A DNA stretch of 64,000 bases from Candidatus Moraniibacteriota bacterium (GCA_035390125.1 DAOOTD010000002.1:233908-297907), one strand, 5' to 3'. Counted from the stretch's first letter, positions 1 to 9,828 are shown. Notes: generated by a model not told the origin, from the sequence alone. Made by a program: numbers and translations.

Positions 1-2
1 AA

Positions 3-998
3 GATTCTAAGGGGGTTATTGCTATAGGTAGGGCTGATGGCGAAGTAGTAGAAGATGACATCAATAGAGTTATTTCTGAAGCCCAAAATATTTCATTGCC
101 AATAAACAAGGAAATAGTTCATATAATTCCCCGAAAATATAGGCTTGATGATCAGGATAATATAAAAAATCCATTAGGCATGAAAGGAGTTCGTTTAGAG
201 GTTGATGCTCTAGTTATTGAAAATAGCACTACTAATATAAAGAATATAAGTAAATGTTTATATCAGACAAATATTGAAATAGAGGATGTTATTTTAGAAC
301 CTTTATCTGCAGCAAAATCTGTACTTAGCAAGAAACAAAAGGAACTTGGCGTAGTGCTTATCAATATGGGAGGAGGTACAACATCTATGGCTGTATATGA
401 AGAAGGAGATCTTATCCATACTGCAATTTTACCTATAGGAGCAGGACATATAACTAACGATATAGCAATTGGACTAAGAATTCCAATAGATATGGCAGAG
501 AAAATAAAGCTTGAATATGGCAGCGCTGTTACTCGAGATATTAGCAAAAAAGAAGGAATAGATCTTGCACAAATAGGCTCCAATGAAGAAGGTATAATAT
601 CGCGTTATCATGTTGCAGAAATTATCGAAGCTAGACTTGAAGAAATATTTTTGTTAATAAAAAAAGAATTAATTTTAATAGGCAGATCAGAACTTCTTCC
701 ATCAGGTGCAGTTTTGGTCGGCGGAGGTGCTAAGATGGTACATGTCATAGATTTAGCAAAAGAAAAATTAGGACTTCCAGTCCAGGTAGGATTTCCATCA
801 GGATTTGGAGGAATATTGGACAAAGTAGATGACCCTTCTTTTTCTACGGTGTTAGGTCTTGTTTTGTGGAATCAAGAGCAGAGAGAATATAAAGAAGGTG
901 GATTATCTAATAAATTAAAAAAGCTCGATCCTTTTTCCAGTAAAGGTGGAGAAACTTTTGAAAGAATAAAAAATTTATTTGAAAAATTTCTGCCCTAG
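3..998 (+). CDS. ftsA: Cell division protein FtsA (5' truncated by window edge)
   Basis: Open frame from position 3; NPLGMKGVRLE, NMGGGTT, GAGHITNDIA and VLVGGGA motifs; directly upstream of ftsZ. Confidence 0.95.
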   Translation, partial: DSKGVIAIGRADGEVVEDDINRVISEAQNISLPINKEIVHIIPRKYRLDDQDNIKNPLGMKGVRLEVDALVIENSTTNIKNISKCLYQTNIEIEDVILEPLSAAKSVLSKKQKELGVVLINMGGGTTSMAVYEEGDLIHTAILPIGAGHITNDIAIGLRIPIDMAEKIKLEYGSAVTRDISKKEGIDLAQIGSNEEGIISRYHVAEIIEARLEEIFLLIKKELILIGRSELLPSGAVLVGGGAKMVHVIDLAKEKLGLPVQVGFPSGFGGILDKVDDPSFSTVLGLVLWNQEQREYKEGGLSNKLKKLDPFSSKGGETFERIKNLFEKFLP

Positions 999-1224
999 AG
1001 GCAAGAAGTATTTAAAATTGACTCTTGACATAAAATAGGTAATTGTGATAAATTAAATTACTAAAACAAATATAAAAATATTCCCATTCGTTAGTGTTTT
1101 GTGGGTTTTTTGTTAAATTAGCTATTTTAATGGGTAAATAAAAATAAAAGGTTGCATTTTCGGTTAAAAATAACTTTAAATTTATTTTGATTATTGGCTA
1201 TAAGCCACTGATCACTAAAAAAAT

Positions 1225-2436
1225 ATGGCGGAAATAAAACCAGATATTGAAACATTTGCTAGGATAAAAGTTGTAGGAGTTGGAGGATCAGGAAATAACG
1301 CTATCAGTAGAATGATTGATTCTAAGATAAAGGGCGTTGAATTTGTTGCAATTAATACTGATGCGCAGGCTTTACATCATTCAAAAGCTTCAGAGAAAGT
1401 TCATATTGGGAAAAATCTAACCAAAGGTTTGGGTGCAGGAATGAATCCTGAGATTGGGCGTCAAGCAGCAGAAGAAAATAGAGATGAAATACAAGATGTT
1501 CTTAAAGGAGCTGACATGGTTTTTGTGACTTGTGGCTTAGGTGGAGGAACAGGTACTGGTGCAGCGCCTGTTGTTGCAGAAACAGCTAAAGAGCTCGGCG
1601 CACTTACTGTAGCAGTTGTAACAAAACCTTTTGCTTTTGAGGGAGCACAGAGGAGAGTTATTGGAGAAGAAGGACTGCAAAATTTAAAAGATAGGGTAGA
1701 TACTCTTATAACAATTCCAAATGATAAACTACTTTCTATTATTGATCGTAAAACTACCCTGATTAATGCTTTTAGAATAGTGGATGATGTATTAAGACAA
1801 GGTGTACAGGGTATTTCAGATCTTATAACTAAGCCAGGAATTGTTAATGTAGATTTCGCTGACGTTCGCGCAATTATGCAAGATTCAGGAAGTGCCTTGA
1901 TGGGAATTGGAACGGCCAGTGGAGAAAACAGAGCGGCTGAAGCAGCTAGGATGGCAATTAATAGTCCTCTTTTAGAATTGTCTATTGATGGAGCAAAAGG
2001 AGTTTTATTTAATATTTCTGGTTCAAGCGATTTAGGAATGCTTGAAATAAATGAGGCTGCAAATATAATAACAGAAAGCATAGATCCTAATGCAAAAGTT
2101 ATCTTTGGAGCAGTTATTGATGATCAAGTTAAAAAAGGAGAAATCAATGTGACTGTTGTCGCCACAGGTTTTGATGCCGAACAGGCTAGCAGTAAATCTT
2201 TGTTTCAGAAGACATTACCAAATCGAACAAACATAGAAACGAATAATAAAAAAGAAGAAACAGGTGAATTTAAAGAAACCGTAACTTTTCCCTCAAAAAA
2301 TATATTTGAATCAAAAATGATAATTGAAGAGAAAATACAGCCACGTTCAAGCAATTCTCCCGCTGAATCTAAAGAAAATAATAATGAGGATGAATTGGAA
2401 ATCCCGGCTTTTATAAGAAGAAAAATGGAAAAGTAA
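1225..2436 (+). CDS. ftsZ: Cell division protein FtsZ
   Basis: GGGTGTG tubulin signature, NVDFADV, C-terminal LEIPAFIRR peptide. Confidence 0.99.
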   Translation: MAEIKPDIETFARIKVVGVGGSGNNAISRMIDSKIKGVEFVAINTDAQALHHSKASEKVHIGKNLTKGLGAGMNPEIGRQAAEENRDEIQDVLKGADMVFVTCGLGGGTGTGAAPVVAETAKELGALTVAVVTKPFAFEGAQRRVIGEEGLQNLKDRVDTLITIPNDKLLSIIDRKTTLINAFRIVDDVLRQGVQGISDLITKPGIVNVDFADVRAIMQDSGSALMGIGTASGENRAAEAARMAINSPLLELSIDGAKGVLFNISGSSDLGMLEINEAANIITESIDPNAKVIFGAVIDDQVKKGEINVTVVATGFDAEQASSKSLFQKTLPNRTNIETNNKKEETGEFKETVTFPSKNIFESKMIIEEKIQPRSSNSPAESKENNNEDELEIPAFIRRKMEK

Positions 2437-2455
2437 CTATATACAATAAATATAT

Positions 2456-2483
2456 AAACAGGAGCAATAAACTCCTGTTTTTT
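2456..2483 (+). terminator. Intrinsic terminator after ftsZ
   Basis: AAACAGGAG-caataaa-CTCCTGTTT followed by T tract. Confidence 0.8.
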
Positions 2484-2573
2484 ATTTATGTTAAATTCAT
2501 GCCGTTGTGATTTTTACAATAAAAATAAAAAGTAATATGTTTAGACATTATTAATTTACATAAAGGTTGGGTC

Positions 2574-2602
2574 TTGCATGGATTTTTGACTTGTGGTATA
2601 AT
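2574..2602 (+). promoter_or_regulatory. Sigma70-type promoter of the nrdR-nrdD-nrdG operon
   Basis: TTGCAT-17 bp-TATAAT with extended -10 TG. Confidence 0.75.
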
Positions 2603-2613
2603 GAATTAATAGT

Positions 2614-2629
2614 ACACAATATATAGTGT
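2614..2629 (+). promoter_or_regulatory. NrdR box
   Basis: ACACAATATATAGTGT matches the NrdR-box consensus acaCwAtATaTwGtgt; lies just downstream of the -10 and upstream of nrdR. Confidence 0.9.
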
Positions 2630-2666
2630 AAAAACTATTAAATCATTAAAATAACTAAATAAACAT

Positions 2667-3116
2667 ATGATTTGTCCATTTTGCGGACATAGCGAGACTA
2701 AAGTCGTTGATTCCCGCGACACTAATGACGGAAAAGCCATTCGTCGGCGCAGAGAATGCGAAAAATGTGAAACTCGTTTCAGTACCTATGAAGAAATGGA
2801 GATTATGAAATTGACTGTCATTAAGCGCGACGGAAGTAAACAAGAATATGATCGTAGTAAGATTGAAATCGGTATTCGTAAATCTATCGAAAAAAGACCA
2901 GTCAGTGAAGATAAAATCGAGAAATTGGTTGGTGACATAGAATACGAGATTCAAGCTAAAGAATCAAGTGAAATCACTAGTAAAGAAATAGGTAAGATAG
3001 TTCTAGAAAAACTTAAGGAAATAGATGATGTGGCTTATATGCGTTTCGCCAGTGTATATAAAGATTTCAAAAGTGCAGATAGCTTCCGAAAAGAAGCGGA
3101 AAAGCTGGAGACTTAA
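2667..3116 (+). CDS. nrdR: Transcriptional repressor NrdR
   Basis: CPFC...RRRRECEKC zinc ribbon, ATP cone, VAYMRFASVY. Confidence 0.98.
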   Translation: MICPFCGHSETKVVDSRDTNDGKAIRRRRECEKCETRFSTYEEMEIMKLTVIKRDGSKQEYDRSKIEIGIRKSIEKRPVSEDKIEKLVGDIEYEIQAKESSEITSKEIGKIVLEKLKEIDDVAYMRFASVYKDFKSADSFRKEAEKLET

Positions 3117-3189
3117 ATTTTTATCTTTATAATATAAAAAACAAAAAAATTATTTGTAACCTACATAATTCTTAGGGGAGAAAAATGAT

Positions 3190-5379
3190 ATGAAAAAACA
3201 AAAAAAAGTAAAAAAAACAAAAGAAGCTGAAATAAAGGTGAAAAAAACAAGAGTGAAGAATCAGATCAAGAAAATTGTAAAGCGCAGTGGAACCGTAGTT
3301 TCTTTTGATAAGAAAAAAATCATAATTGCTATAAGTAAAGCTTTTGTCGCAACTGGAGAAGGAAGCGCTAAAGATGCAAAAAAAGTAACAGAAAAAGTTT
3401 TACGGCTTTTAAATAAGAATTACAAAAAAGGTTACATTCCCAGCGTGGAACAAGTGCAGGATGTTATAGAAAGGGTTTTAATGGTTCTTGATTTTGAGGA
3501 AACTGCAAAAGCTTATATCCTTTACCGCGAACAGCACAGAAAAATCCGTGAAACAGAAGAATCTCTAGATGAAGCCGTAAGTTTGGTAGATAAATATATT
3601 CAAGAAATAGACTGGAAAGTCAAAGAAAATGCTAACATGGCTTACTCTCTCCAAGGTCTTAATAATTACATAGCATCCATAGTTAGCAGTAAGTATTGGA
3701 TGAATCGTGTATATACAAAAGAAATAAGAGAAGCACATGAAGGGGGAGATTTCCATATTCATGATCTGCAACTAATCGCGGCTTATTGCTGTGGCTGGGA
3801 CCTTCAAGATCTAATCCGTCGTGGTTTTACGGGTGTTCCAGGTAAAGTAGCCTGTAAACCAGCTAAACATTTTGGTAGTCTCTTGGGACAGATGGTTAAT
3901 TTTATTTATACTCTTCAAGGAGAGGTTGCTGGAGCTCAGGCATTTTCTAATTTTGACACTTTGCTAGCTCCTTTTGTACGTTATGATAAATTGACTTATA
4001 CAGAAGTCAAGCAACAAATACAGTCTTTTGTGTTCAATATGAATGTTTCTACACGCGTTGGTTTTCAAACTCCTTTTTCAAATATAACTATGGATATTAC
4101 GCCTCCAAAAACATTAGCTAAAGAAGCTGTAATTATAGGAGGAGTAGCACAAAAAGAAACTTATGCTGATTTTCAGGAAGAGATGAATATGATTAATCGT
4201 GCTTTTGCGGAAGTTATGACAGAAGGCGATGCCAGTGGCAGAATTTTTACTTTTCCCATCCCGACATATAACATAGGCAAAAATTTTGATTGGAATGATA
4301 ATAGATTTGATGCTATTTGGGAAATGACAGCCAAATATGGAATCCCGTATTTTGCGAATTTCGTAAATTCAGACATGGATCCTGATGATGCGCGTTCAAT
4401 GTGCTGTCGATTAAGATTAGATAACAGAGAGCTTCATAAGCGCGGAGGTGGATTATTCGGTGCTAATCCTCTGACAGGTTCAGTAGGTGTGGTTACTATT
4501 AATATGCCGCGCTTAGGATATCTTTCTAAAAACAAAAAAGAATTTTTCAAAAGACTTGATGATCTTATGGATTTAGCAAAAAACAGTCTGGAAACTAAAA
4601 GAAAGTTAGTCGAGGGCCTGACAGAAAGAGGTTTATATCCATATACCAAGTTTTATCTTGATGCAATAAAAATGCGTCGTGGCCAATATTGGGCTAATCA
4701 CTTTTCTACTATTGGTTTGGTAGGCATGAACGAAGCCCTAATGAATTTGATTGGGAAAGATGTAACAACTAAAGATGGCCAGAAATTAGCTGAAGAAATA
4801 CTTGTGCATATGCGCGAAAGGATTGTTAGCTACCAGGAAGAAACAGGTAATTTATATAATTTAGAAGCAACTCCAGCTGAAGGAACAGCATATCGTTTAG
4901 CACGTATAGACAGAGAAAAATATCCGAAAGTTATTTTCGCTAATAATGATGCTGTTAAAAACAATGGGTTGGAACCTTATTATACAAATTCATCACAGCT
5001 GCCTGTTCAATTTACAAAAGATATTTTCGAAGCTCTTGATCTGCAGGAAAATTTGCAGACAAAATATACAGGAGGAACAGTTTTGCATGGGTTTTTAGGA
5101 GAACGTATTTGGGACATAGGAATGGTAAAAAAACTTGTAAGGAAAATTGCAGAAAACTATGCACTTCCTTACTTTACTTTATCGCCTACTTTCAGCATCT
5201 GTCCGGTACACGGTTACCTTCCAGGAGAACAGCCAATTTGTCCTAAATGCGTGGTTGAACAGAAAACAGAAATTTACTCTAGGGTAGTGGGTTATATCCG
5301 CCCAGTGCAGCAGTGGAATAAGGGTAAACAAGCCGAATTTAAGGATAGGAAAGAATTTATAGTTACAGAAATAAGCTAA
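3190..5379 (+). CDS. nrdD: Class III (anaerobic) ribonucleoside-triphosphate reductase with N-terminal ATP cone
   Basis: IVKRSG ATP cone, SMCCRL active site, ATPAEG, CPVH..CPKC metal site, YSRVVGY glycyl-radical motif. Confidence 0.97.
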   Translation: MKKQKKVKKTKEAEIKVKKTRVKNQIKKIVKRSGTVVSFDKKKIIIAISKAFVATGEGSAKDAKKVTEKVLRLLNKNYKKGYIPSVEQVQDVIERVLMVLDFEETAKAYILYREQHRKIRETEESLDEAVSLVDKYIQEIDWKVKENANMAYSLQGLNNYIASIVSSKYWMNRVYTKEIREAHEGGDFHIHDLQLIAAYCCGWDLQDLIRRGFTGVPGKVACKPAKHFGSLLGQMVNFIYTLQGEVAGAQAFSNFDTLLAPFVRYDKLTYTEVKQQIQSFVFNMNVSTRVGFQTPFSNITMDITPPKTLAKEAVIIGGVAQKETYADFQEEMNMINRAFAEVMTEGDASGRIFTFPIPTYNIGKNFDWNDNRFDAIWEMTAKYGIPYFANFVNSDMDPDDARSMCCRLRLDNRELHKRGGGLFGANPLTGSVGVVTINMPRLGYLSKNKKEFFKRLDDLMDLAKNSLETKRKLVEGLTERGLYPYTKFYLDAIKMRRGQYWANHFSTIGLVGMNEALMNLIGKDVTTKDGQKLAEEILVHMRERIVSYQEETGNLYNLEATPAEGTAYRLARIDREKYPKVIFANNDAVKNNGLEPYYTNSSQLPVQFTKDIFEALDLQENLQTKYTGGTVLHGFLGERIWDIGMVKKLVRKIAENYALPYFTLSPTFSICPVHGYLPGEQPICPKCVVEQKTEIYSRVVGYIRPVQQWNKGKQAEFKDRKEFIVTEIS

Positions 5380-5631
5380 GGGGATATTAATAAAAAATAA
5401 TAATAAAAAAAATATGAAAAAATATATATGCCATGACTGCGGTCGCATAATAGAAAACAATGAAGAGTATATGCCTTATAAAATTAATAATGAAGTATAC
5501 AATAAATGCAAGAATTGCCACCAAAAAGATCCAGCTTTGCACAATTTTAGGAAAACAGAAATTTACTCTAGGGTAGTGGGTTATATCCGCCCAGTGCAGC
5601 AGTGGAATAAGGGTAAACAAGCCGAATTTAA
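5262..5631 (+). repeat. 81-bp perfect direct repeat (5262-5342 = 5551-5631) encoding the glycyl-radical loop
   Basis: Base-by-base identity; extends to 95 bp (5262-5356 / 5551-5645) with two synonymous mismatches. Confidence 0.95.
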
Positions 5632-5674
5632 AGACAGGAAAGAATATGCTGTTGACAATGTGGCCTGTTGTTAG
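5414..5674 (+). CDS. Small stand-alone NrdD C-terminal (Zn finger plus glycyl-radical loop) protein
   Basis: CHDC..CKNC followed by KTEIYSRVVGYIRPVQQWNKGKQAEFKDRKE, identical to the NrdD tail; ends in CC. Confidence 0.85.
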   Translation: MKKYICHDCGRIIENNEEYMPYKINNEVYNKCKNCHQKDPALHNFRKTEIYSRVVGYIRPVQQWNKGKQAEFKDRKEYAVDNVACC

Positions 5675-5746
5675 AAATAAAAAGAAAAAAGATAGCGGGG
5701 CAATATCTTAGGGGGTATTGCCCTGAATTGACTTTAAATTTTATTT

Positions 5747-6451
5747 ATGAAAATCGGAGGCTATCAAAAATTAACGCTTATTGATTATCCGGGGATTATT
5801 GCAACCACCCTCTTTACTGTAGGCTGTAGCTTTCGCTGTCCTTTCTGTCATAATCCTGAATTAGTGCTTAGATCAAATTTTGTTTCAGGTACAGAGAAAA
5901 AAGAAAAGGAATTTTTTGAATTTTTGAAAAAAAGAAAAGGAAAAATTGAAGGAGTATGCATTACCGGAGGAGAACCAACAATCCAGCCGGATATTATTGA
6001 TTTCATAAAAAAAATAAAAGAATTTGGATTCTTAGTTAAATTTGATACTAATGGGACTCGGCCGGATATCCTAAAAAAACTTTTAGACTTGAAGCTTTTG
6101 GATTTTGTGGCTATGGATATTAAAAATCAGCTTAAAAAATATGATAAAACAGTAGGAATGAAGGTTGATAAAAAAAGAATAAAACTAAGCGTTAATCTGA
6201 TATTGAATAGCAGGGTTCCATATGAATTTCGAACTACAGCTGTGCCGGGAATTCACAACGAAGAAGATTTTCTGGAAATTGCCAAATGGATCAAGGGGGC
6301 AGAGGCTTATTATTTGCAGGAATACAGGGAAAAAATTATTTTAGATCCGAAATTGAAAAATAAAACTAAAGGTAAAACGCTGGATTTGAAAAAAATAAAA
6401 AAATCAATTGAGAAGAATTTCAAGAAAATAGGGATAAGAGAGAATAATTAA
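5747..6451 (+). CDS. nrdG: Anaerobic RNR activating enzyme (radical SAM)
   Basis: CSFRCPFCHN CxxxCxxC motif, TGGEPT, operon context. Confidence 0.95.
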   Translation: MKIGGYQKLTLIDYPGIIATTLFTVGCSFRCPFCHNPELVLRSNFVSGTEKKEKEFFEFLKKRKGKIEGVCITGGEPTIQPDIIDFIKKIKEFGFLVKFDTNGTRPDILKKLLDLKLLDFVAMDIKNQLKKYDKTVGMKVDKKRIKLSVNLILNSRVPYEFRTTAVPGIHNEEDFLEIAKWIKGAEAYYLQEYREKIILDPKLKNKTKGKTLDLKKIKKSIEKNFKKIGIRENN

Positions 6452-6499
6452 ATGCATAAAGCATAAAATATTTTATGCTTTAAGATTAGCTATATATCA

Positions 6500-6724
6500 A
6501 TGCGTATATACATAAAAGCTTCCCCACGATCCTCCAAGAATGAGGTTGTACAAATTTCCGAAGGGGAATATAAAGTAAAATTGAAAGCTGCGCCGATTAA
6601 TGGACGGGCTAACCTAATGCTAATAGAAGTTTTGGCTAAATATTTTAAAATTCCGAAAAAAATAATTAAAATTGTCGGAGGGAAAAGTGCAAAAATAAAA
6701 ATAATTGATATAATTGACGCATGA
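6500..6724 (+). CDS. DUF167/YggU family protein
   Basis: PRSSKNEV, APINGRAN, IVGGKSAKIK pattern. Confidence 0.85.
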   Translation: MRIYIKASPRSSKNEVVQISEGEYKVKLKAAPINGRANLMLIEVLAKYFKIPKKIIKIVGGKSAKIKIIDIIDA

Positions 6725-8184
6725 CCAAATCACGCGTCTTTTTTATTGTCCTAATTTCTTTCTTAGTAGGAATTTTTATCCGCTCTTTTTTTGAATTAAA
6801 TCAAAGTGTATATTTCTTACTGCTGATTTTCTCTATAATATTCTTGGGGGTCTTTTATAAAAATAAAATAATAATCGTAGTTCCCTTTGTTTTATTATTT
6901 TTTACGTTTGGAGCCTGGTACACGGATAATAAGCTTAAAAAAATAAATTATTTGCTGCTTGACAATGTTGAATTTTATGGGAAAGGAATTGTTGAAAAAG
7001 TTTCTCCGAATACTTTTGGTCATAATTTAATAGTAAAAGTAGAAGATTCGCTTTCTGATAAAGCAGGAATTTCTTTACTAATCCAGATTCCAAAATATCC
7101 CGAATATTTCTATGGCGATGAAATGGAAATTTATTGCATTGTCAATAAAATAGAAAATAGAAATAAAGAATTTGACTACAGAATGTACATGGCCAAAGAA
7201 GACGTTTTTTATTCTTGTGAAAAAACAAAAATAAAAAAAATAGGTGAAAATAAAGGAAATATTCTTTTGGGCAATATTCTAAAAATAAAAATCCTTTTTG
7301 AAAATAATATCCGTGCTGTTATCCCGCAGCCTGAAGGATCTTTAGCAAGCGGACTTTTATTCGGTGGTAGCAGTGAATTGTCTAAGGAAATACAAAATGA
7401 TTTTTCTCGAACCGGTATGACGCATATCGTGGCTGTTTCTGGATATAACGTTACAATTATCGCAGAGTACTTAATCTTTCTTGGTCTTTGGCTGGGAATG
7501 TGGAGAAAAAACGCTGTTTGGCTTGCAATTATTGGAATAATTGTTTTCGTAATTATGATCGGTTTTCCTTCTTCAGCAGTCAGGGCTGGAGTTATGGGAG
7601 GCATATTGCTTTGGGCTATGAAAAACGGACGATTAGCTAACTCCCAAAACGCCATTGTTTTTGCGGCAACAGTAATGCTGTTGATTAATCCATTGCTTCT
7701 GAGATGGGATATTGGCTTTCAGCTTTCTTTTTTAGCAACTTTAGGAATTGTAGAAACATCCACTTTTTGGGAAAAAAGTTTCATCAAAAAACATAAAGCC
7801 TTGGGAATTTCGGAAATAATCGCAATGTCGCTCAGTGCTCAGATTTTTGTTTTGCCAATTATCGCGTATAATTTTCATATAACGTCCCTAATTTCGCTTT
7901 TAGCAAATGTTTTGATTTTGCCCATAATTCCACTTTCCATGTTGCTGGTTTTTCTTGCATCTATCTGCGGATTTATTTTCTATGGAGTATCCTTGGTTTT
8001 CGCTTGGCTGGCTTTCGTTCCTCTGTTGTATGAAATAAAAATTGTGCAGATATTAGCCGGACTGCCATGGGCAAGCATAAAAATAGAAAAAATTAATATT
8101 TGGTGGTTTATAATATATTATTGTTCCTTATTAGGAGGGATATATTATTTAAAAAAACGCACATGCAAAATAACAGAAAAATAA
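6721..8184 (+). CDS. comEC: ComEC/Rec2 competence membrane channel (OB and Competence domains)
   Basis: TGMTHIVAVSGYN, SAVRA, DIGFQLSFLAT; many transmembrane segments. Confidence 0.93.
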   Translation: MTKSRVFFIVLISFLVGIFIRSFFELNQSVYFLLLIFSIIFLGVFYKNKIIIVVPFVLLFFTFGAWYTDNKLKKINYLLLDNVEFYGKGIVEKVSPNTFGHNLIVKVEDSLSDKAGISLLIQIPKYPEYFYGDEMEIYCIVNKIENRNKEFDYRMYMAKEDVFYSCEKTKIKKIGENKGNILLGNILKIKILFENNIRAVIPQPEGSLASGLLFGGSSELSKEIQNDFSRTGMTHIVAVSGYNVTIIAEYLIFLGLWLGMWRKNAVWLAIIGIIVFVIMIGFPSSAVRAGVMGGILLWAMKNGRLANSQNAIVFAATVMLLINPLLLRWDIGFQLSFLATLGIVETSTFWEKSFIKKHKALGISEIIAMSLSAQIFVLPIIAYNFHITSLISLLANVLILPIIPLSMLLVFLASICGFIFYGVSLVFAWLAFVPLLYEIKIVQILAGLPWASIKIEKINIWWFIIYYCSLLGGIYYLKKRTCKITEK

Positions 8185-9032
8185 TTTATGGAATTATAAT
8201 TGGGTTGCTTGTATTATTTTTAATTTTAACTGGAATTATTTTTTCAGTGCAAAAAAATAATTTGCAGGTAGTTTTTCTAAATATTGGCCAAGGTGATGCC
8301 ATTCTGATTTCACAAGGAAAAAATCAAATTCTTATTGACGGTGGTAAAGATGGAAAATTGCTTTTGGAAAAGCTTGGAAAATATATTCCATTTTGGGATC
8401 GGAATGTCGAAATGATAGTTGCAACTCATCCAGACCAGGACCATATAGGAGGGCTTATTGAAATTTTGAATTCATATCATGTAGATTTGATTTTTAAGAC
8501 AAATGCAGAAAGCGAATCAGAGACATATAAAAAACTTGAAGAAGAAATTGCAAAAGAAAAATCGCAAAAAATTGAGGCCAAAAAAGGTATAAGCATAAAA
8601 TTGTCTGACAGTGTTACTGCCGACGTACTTTTTCCAATTGATTCGCTTACTGATACGATTGATGGAGCCAGCAATGACAACAGCGTTGTAGTTAAATTAA
8701 CTTACGGCATAAACAAATTTCTTTTTACTGGCGATCTTCCAAATACTCAGGAAACAAAAATTATAAATTCAGGTCAAGATTTAAATGCTCAAGTTTTAAA
8801 AGTTTCACATCATGGTTCAAAATATGCAACTGAAAATAATTTTTTGGGTGTTGTAAATCCAGCTGACGCTATTATTTCTGTTGGTAAAAATAATCAATAT
8901 GGTCATCCGAATCAGGAAGTTTTAAACCGTTTATTGCAGCATAAAATAAAAATTTTCCGGACTGATGAAATAGGGGATATTGTATATAAATGCGCAAATG
9001 CGGAAGCGCAATGCATGCAAGTTGCCAACTGA
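8163..9032 (+). CDS. ComEC-type metallo-beta-lactamase fold protein (separately encoded)
   Basis: IGQGDAIL, THPDQDHIGG, FTGD, KVSHHGS, YGHP; ATG 8163 preferred over the TTG start. Confidence 0.9.
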   Translation: MQNNRKIIYGIIIGLLVLFLILTGIIFSVQKNNLQVVFLNIGQGDAILISQGKNQILIDGGKDGKLLLEKLGKYIPFWDRNVEMIVATHPDQDHIGGLIEILNSYHVDLIFKTNAESESETYKKLEEEIAKEKSQKIEAKKGISIKLSDSVTADVLFPIDSLTDTIDGASNDNSVVVKLTYGINKFLFTGDLPNTQETKIINSGQDLNAQVLKVSHHGSKYATENNFLGVVNPADAIISVGKNNQYGHPNQEVLNRLLQHKIKIFRTDEIGDIVYKCANAEAQCMQVAN

Positions 9033-9080
9033 TTTTTTTTGTGATAAATTAAATTCTAATAAAGATTAATTTTTTTAAAT

Positions 9081-9686
9081 ATGAAAAATCCAGCCATAAA
9101 AGAAAGGACATTTGTCATCATAAAACCTGATGGCATACAAAGATCATTAATAGGAGAAATTATAAGAAGAATCGAAAGAACGGGTTTAAAGTTCACAGCT
9201 ATGAAGCTTGTTGTATTAGATGAAGATAAATTATGGAAACATTACAATAAGAATGATGAATGGTTTGAAAAAAAGGGAGGAAATATAGCTAAAGAAATTG
9301 AAGCCAAAAGGCTACCAGTGGAAAAACCAGCCATTGAATATGGCAAGGACATTCTGCGTCATTTAGTAGCTTTTATGACTTCAGGTCCTGTCATAGTAAT
9401 GATTGTTGAAGGCAATCAAGCGGTTGGAATTGTCAGAAAGATTGTTGGTGGAACAGAACCATTGTCTTCAGATATTGGAACTATTCGTGGAGATTTAACA
9501 ATAGATTCTTATGCCTTGTCTGGAATTGACGGAAGGGCTGTAAGAAACTTAGTTCATTGTTCAGAAAGTCCAGAAGAAGCAGAAAGAGAAATCGCTCTTT
9601 GGTTTAATGAAAATGAAATATTAAAATACAGATTAGTACAGGATCAAATTTTATATGATGTAAATCTGGACGGTATAATTGAATAA
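9081..9686 (+). CDS. ndk: Nucleoside diphosphate kinase
   Basis: ERTFVIIKPDG, GTIRGD, RNLVHCSES. Confidence 0.95.
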   Translation: MKNPAIKERTFVIIKPDGIQRSLIGEIIRRIERTGLKFTAMKLVVLDEDKLWKHYNKNDEWFEKKGGNIAKEIEAKRLPVEKPAIEYGKDILRHLVAFMTSGPVIVMIVEGNQAVGIVRKIVGGTEPLSSDIGTIRGDLTIDSYALSGIDGRAVRNLVHCSESPEEAEREIALWFNENEILKYRLVQDQILYDVNLDGIIE

Positions 9687-9702
9687 CTTTGCTTTTAATA
9701 TA

Positions 9703-9732
9703 AAAAAGCTCCAATTTATAGGAGCTTTTTTT
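9703..9732 (+). terminator. Intrinsic terminator after ndk
   Basis: AAAAAGCTCC-aatttata-GGAGCTTTTT. Confidence 0.8.
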
Positions 9733-9828
9733 ATTGCTCCAATTCTGATATGCTTTAGGCATAAGCCAGCTTTGCTTTTATTCTCGTGGGCATTGACACG
9801 CCGAATCCTAGCTAAAGCTTGGATAAGG

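Noticed and set aside
5179-5620. Minus-strand ORFs 5179-5460 and 5387-5620 sharing a peptide
   Set aside because: Antisense shadows of the direct repeat in nrdD and the small ORF.
5262-5645. nrdD repeat as a diversity-generating retroelement TR/VR pair
   Set aside because: Only two differences (G/A and T/C), both synonymous and not adenine-specific; no reverse transcriptase in the window.
3190-5674. nrdD as a split or frameshifted gene
   Set aside because: nrdD already contains its metal site, radical loop and stop codon; the small ORF is additional.
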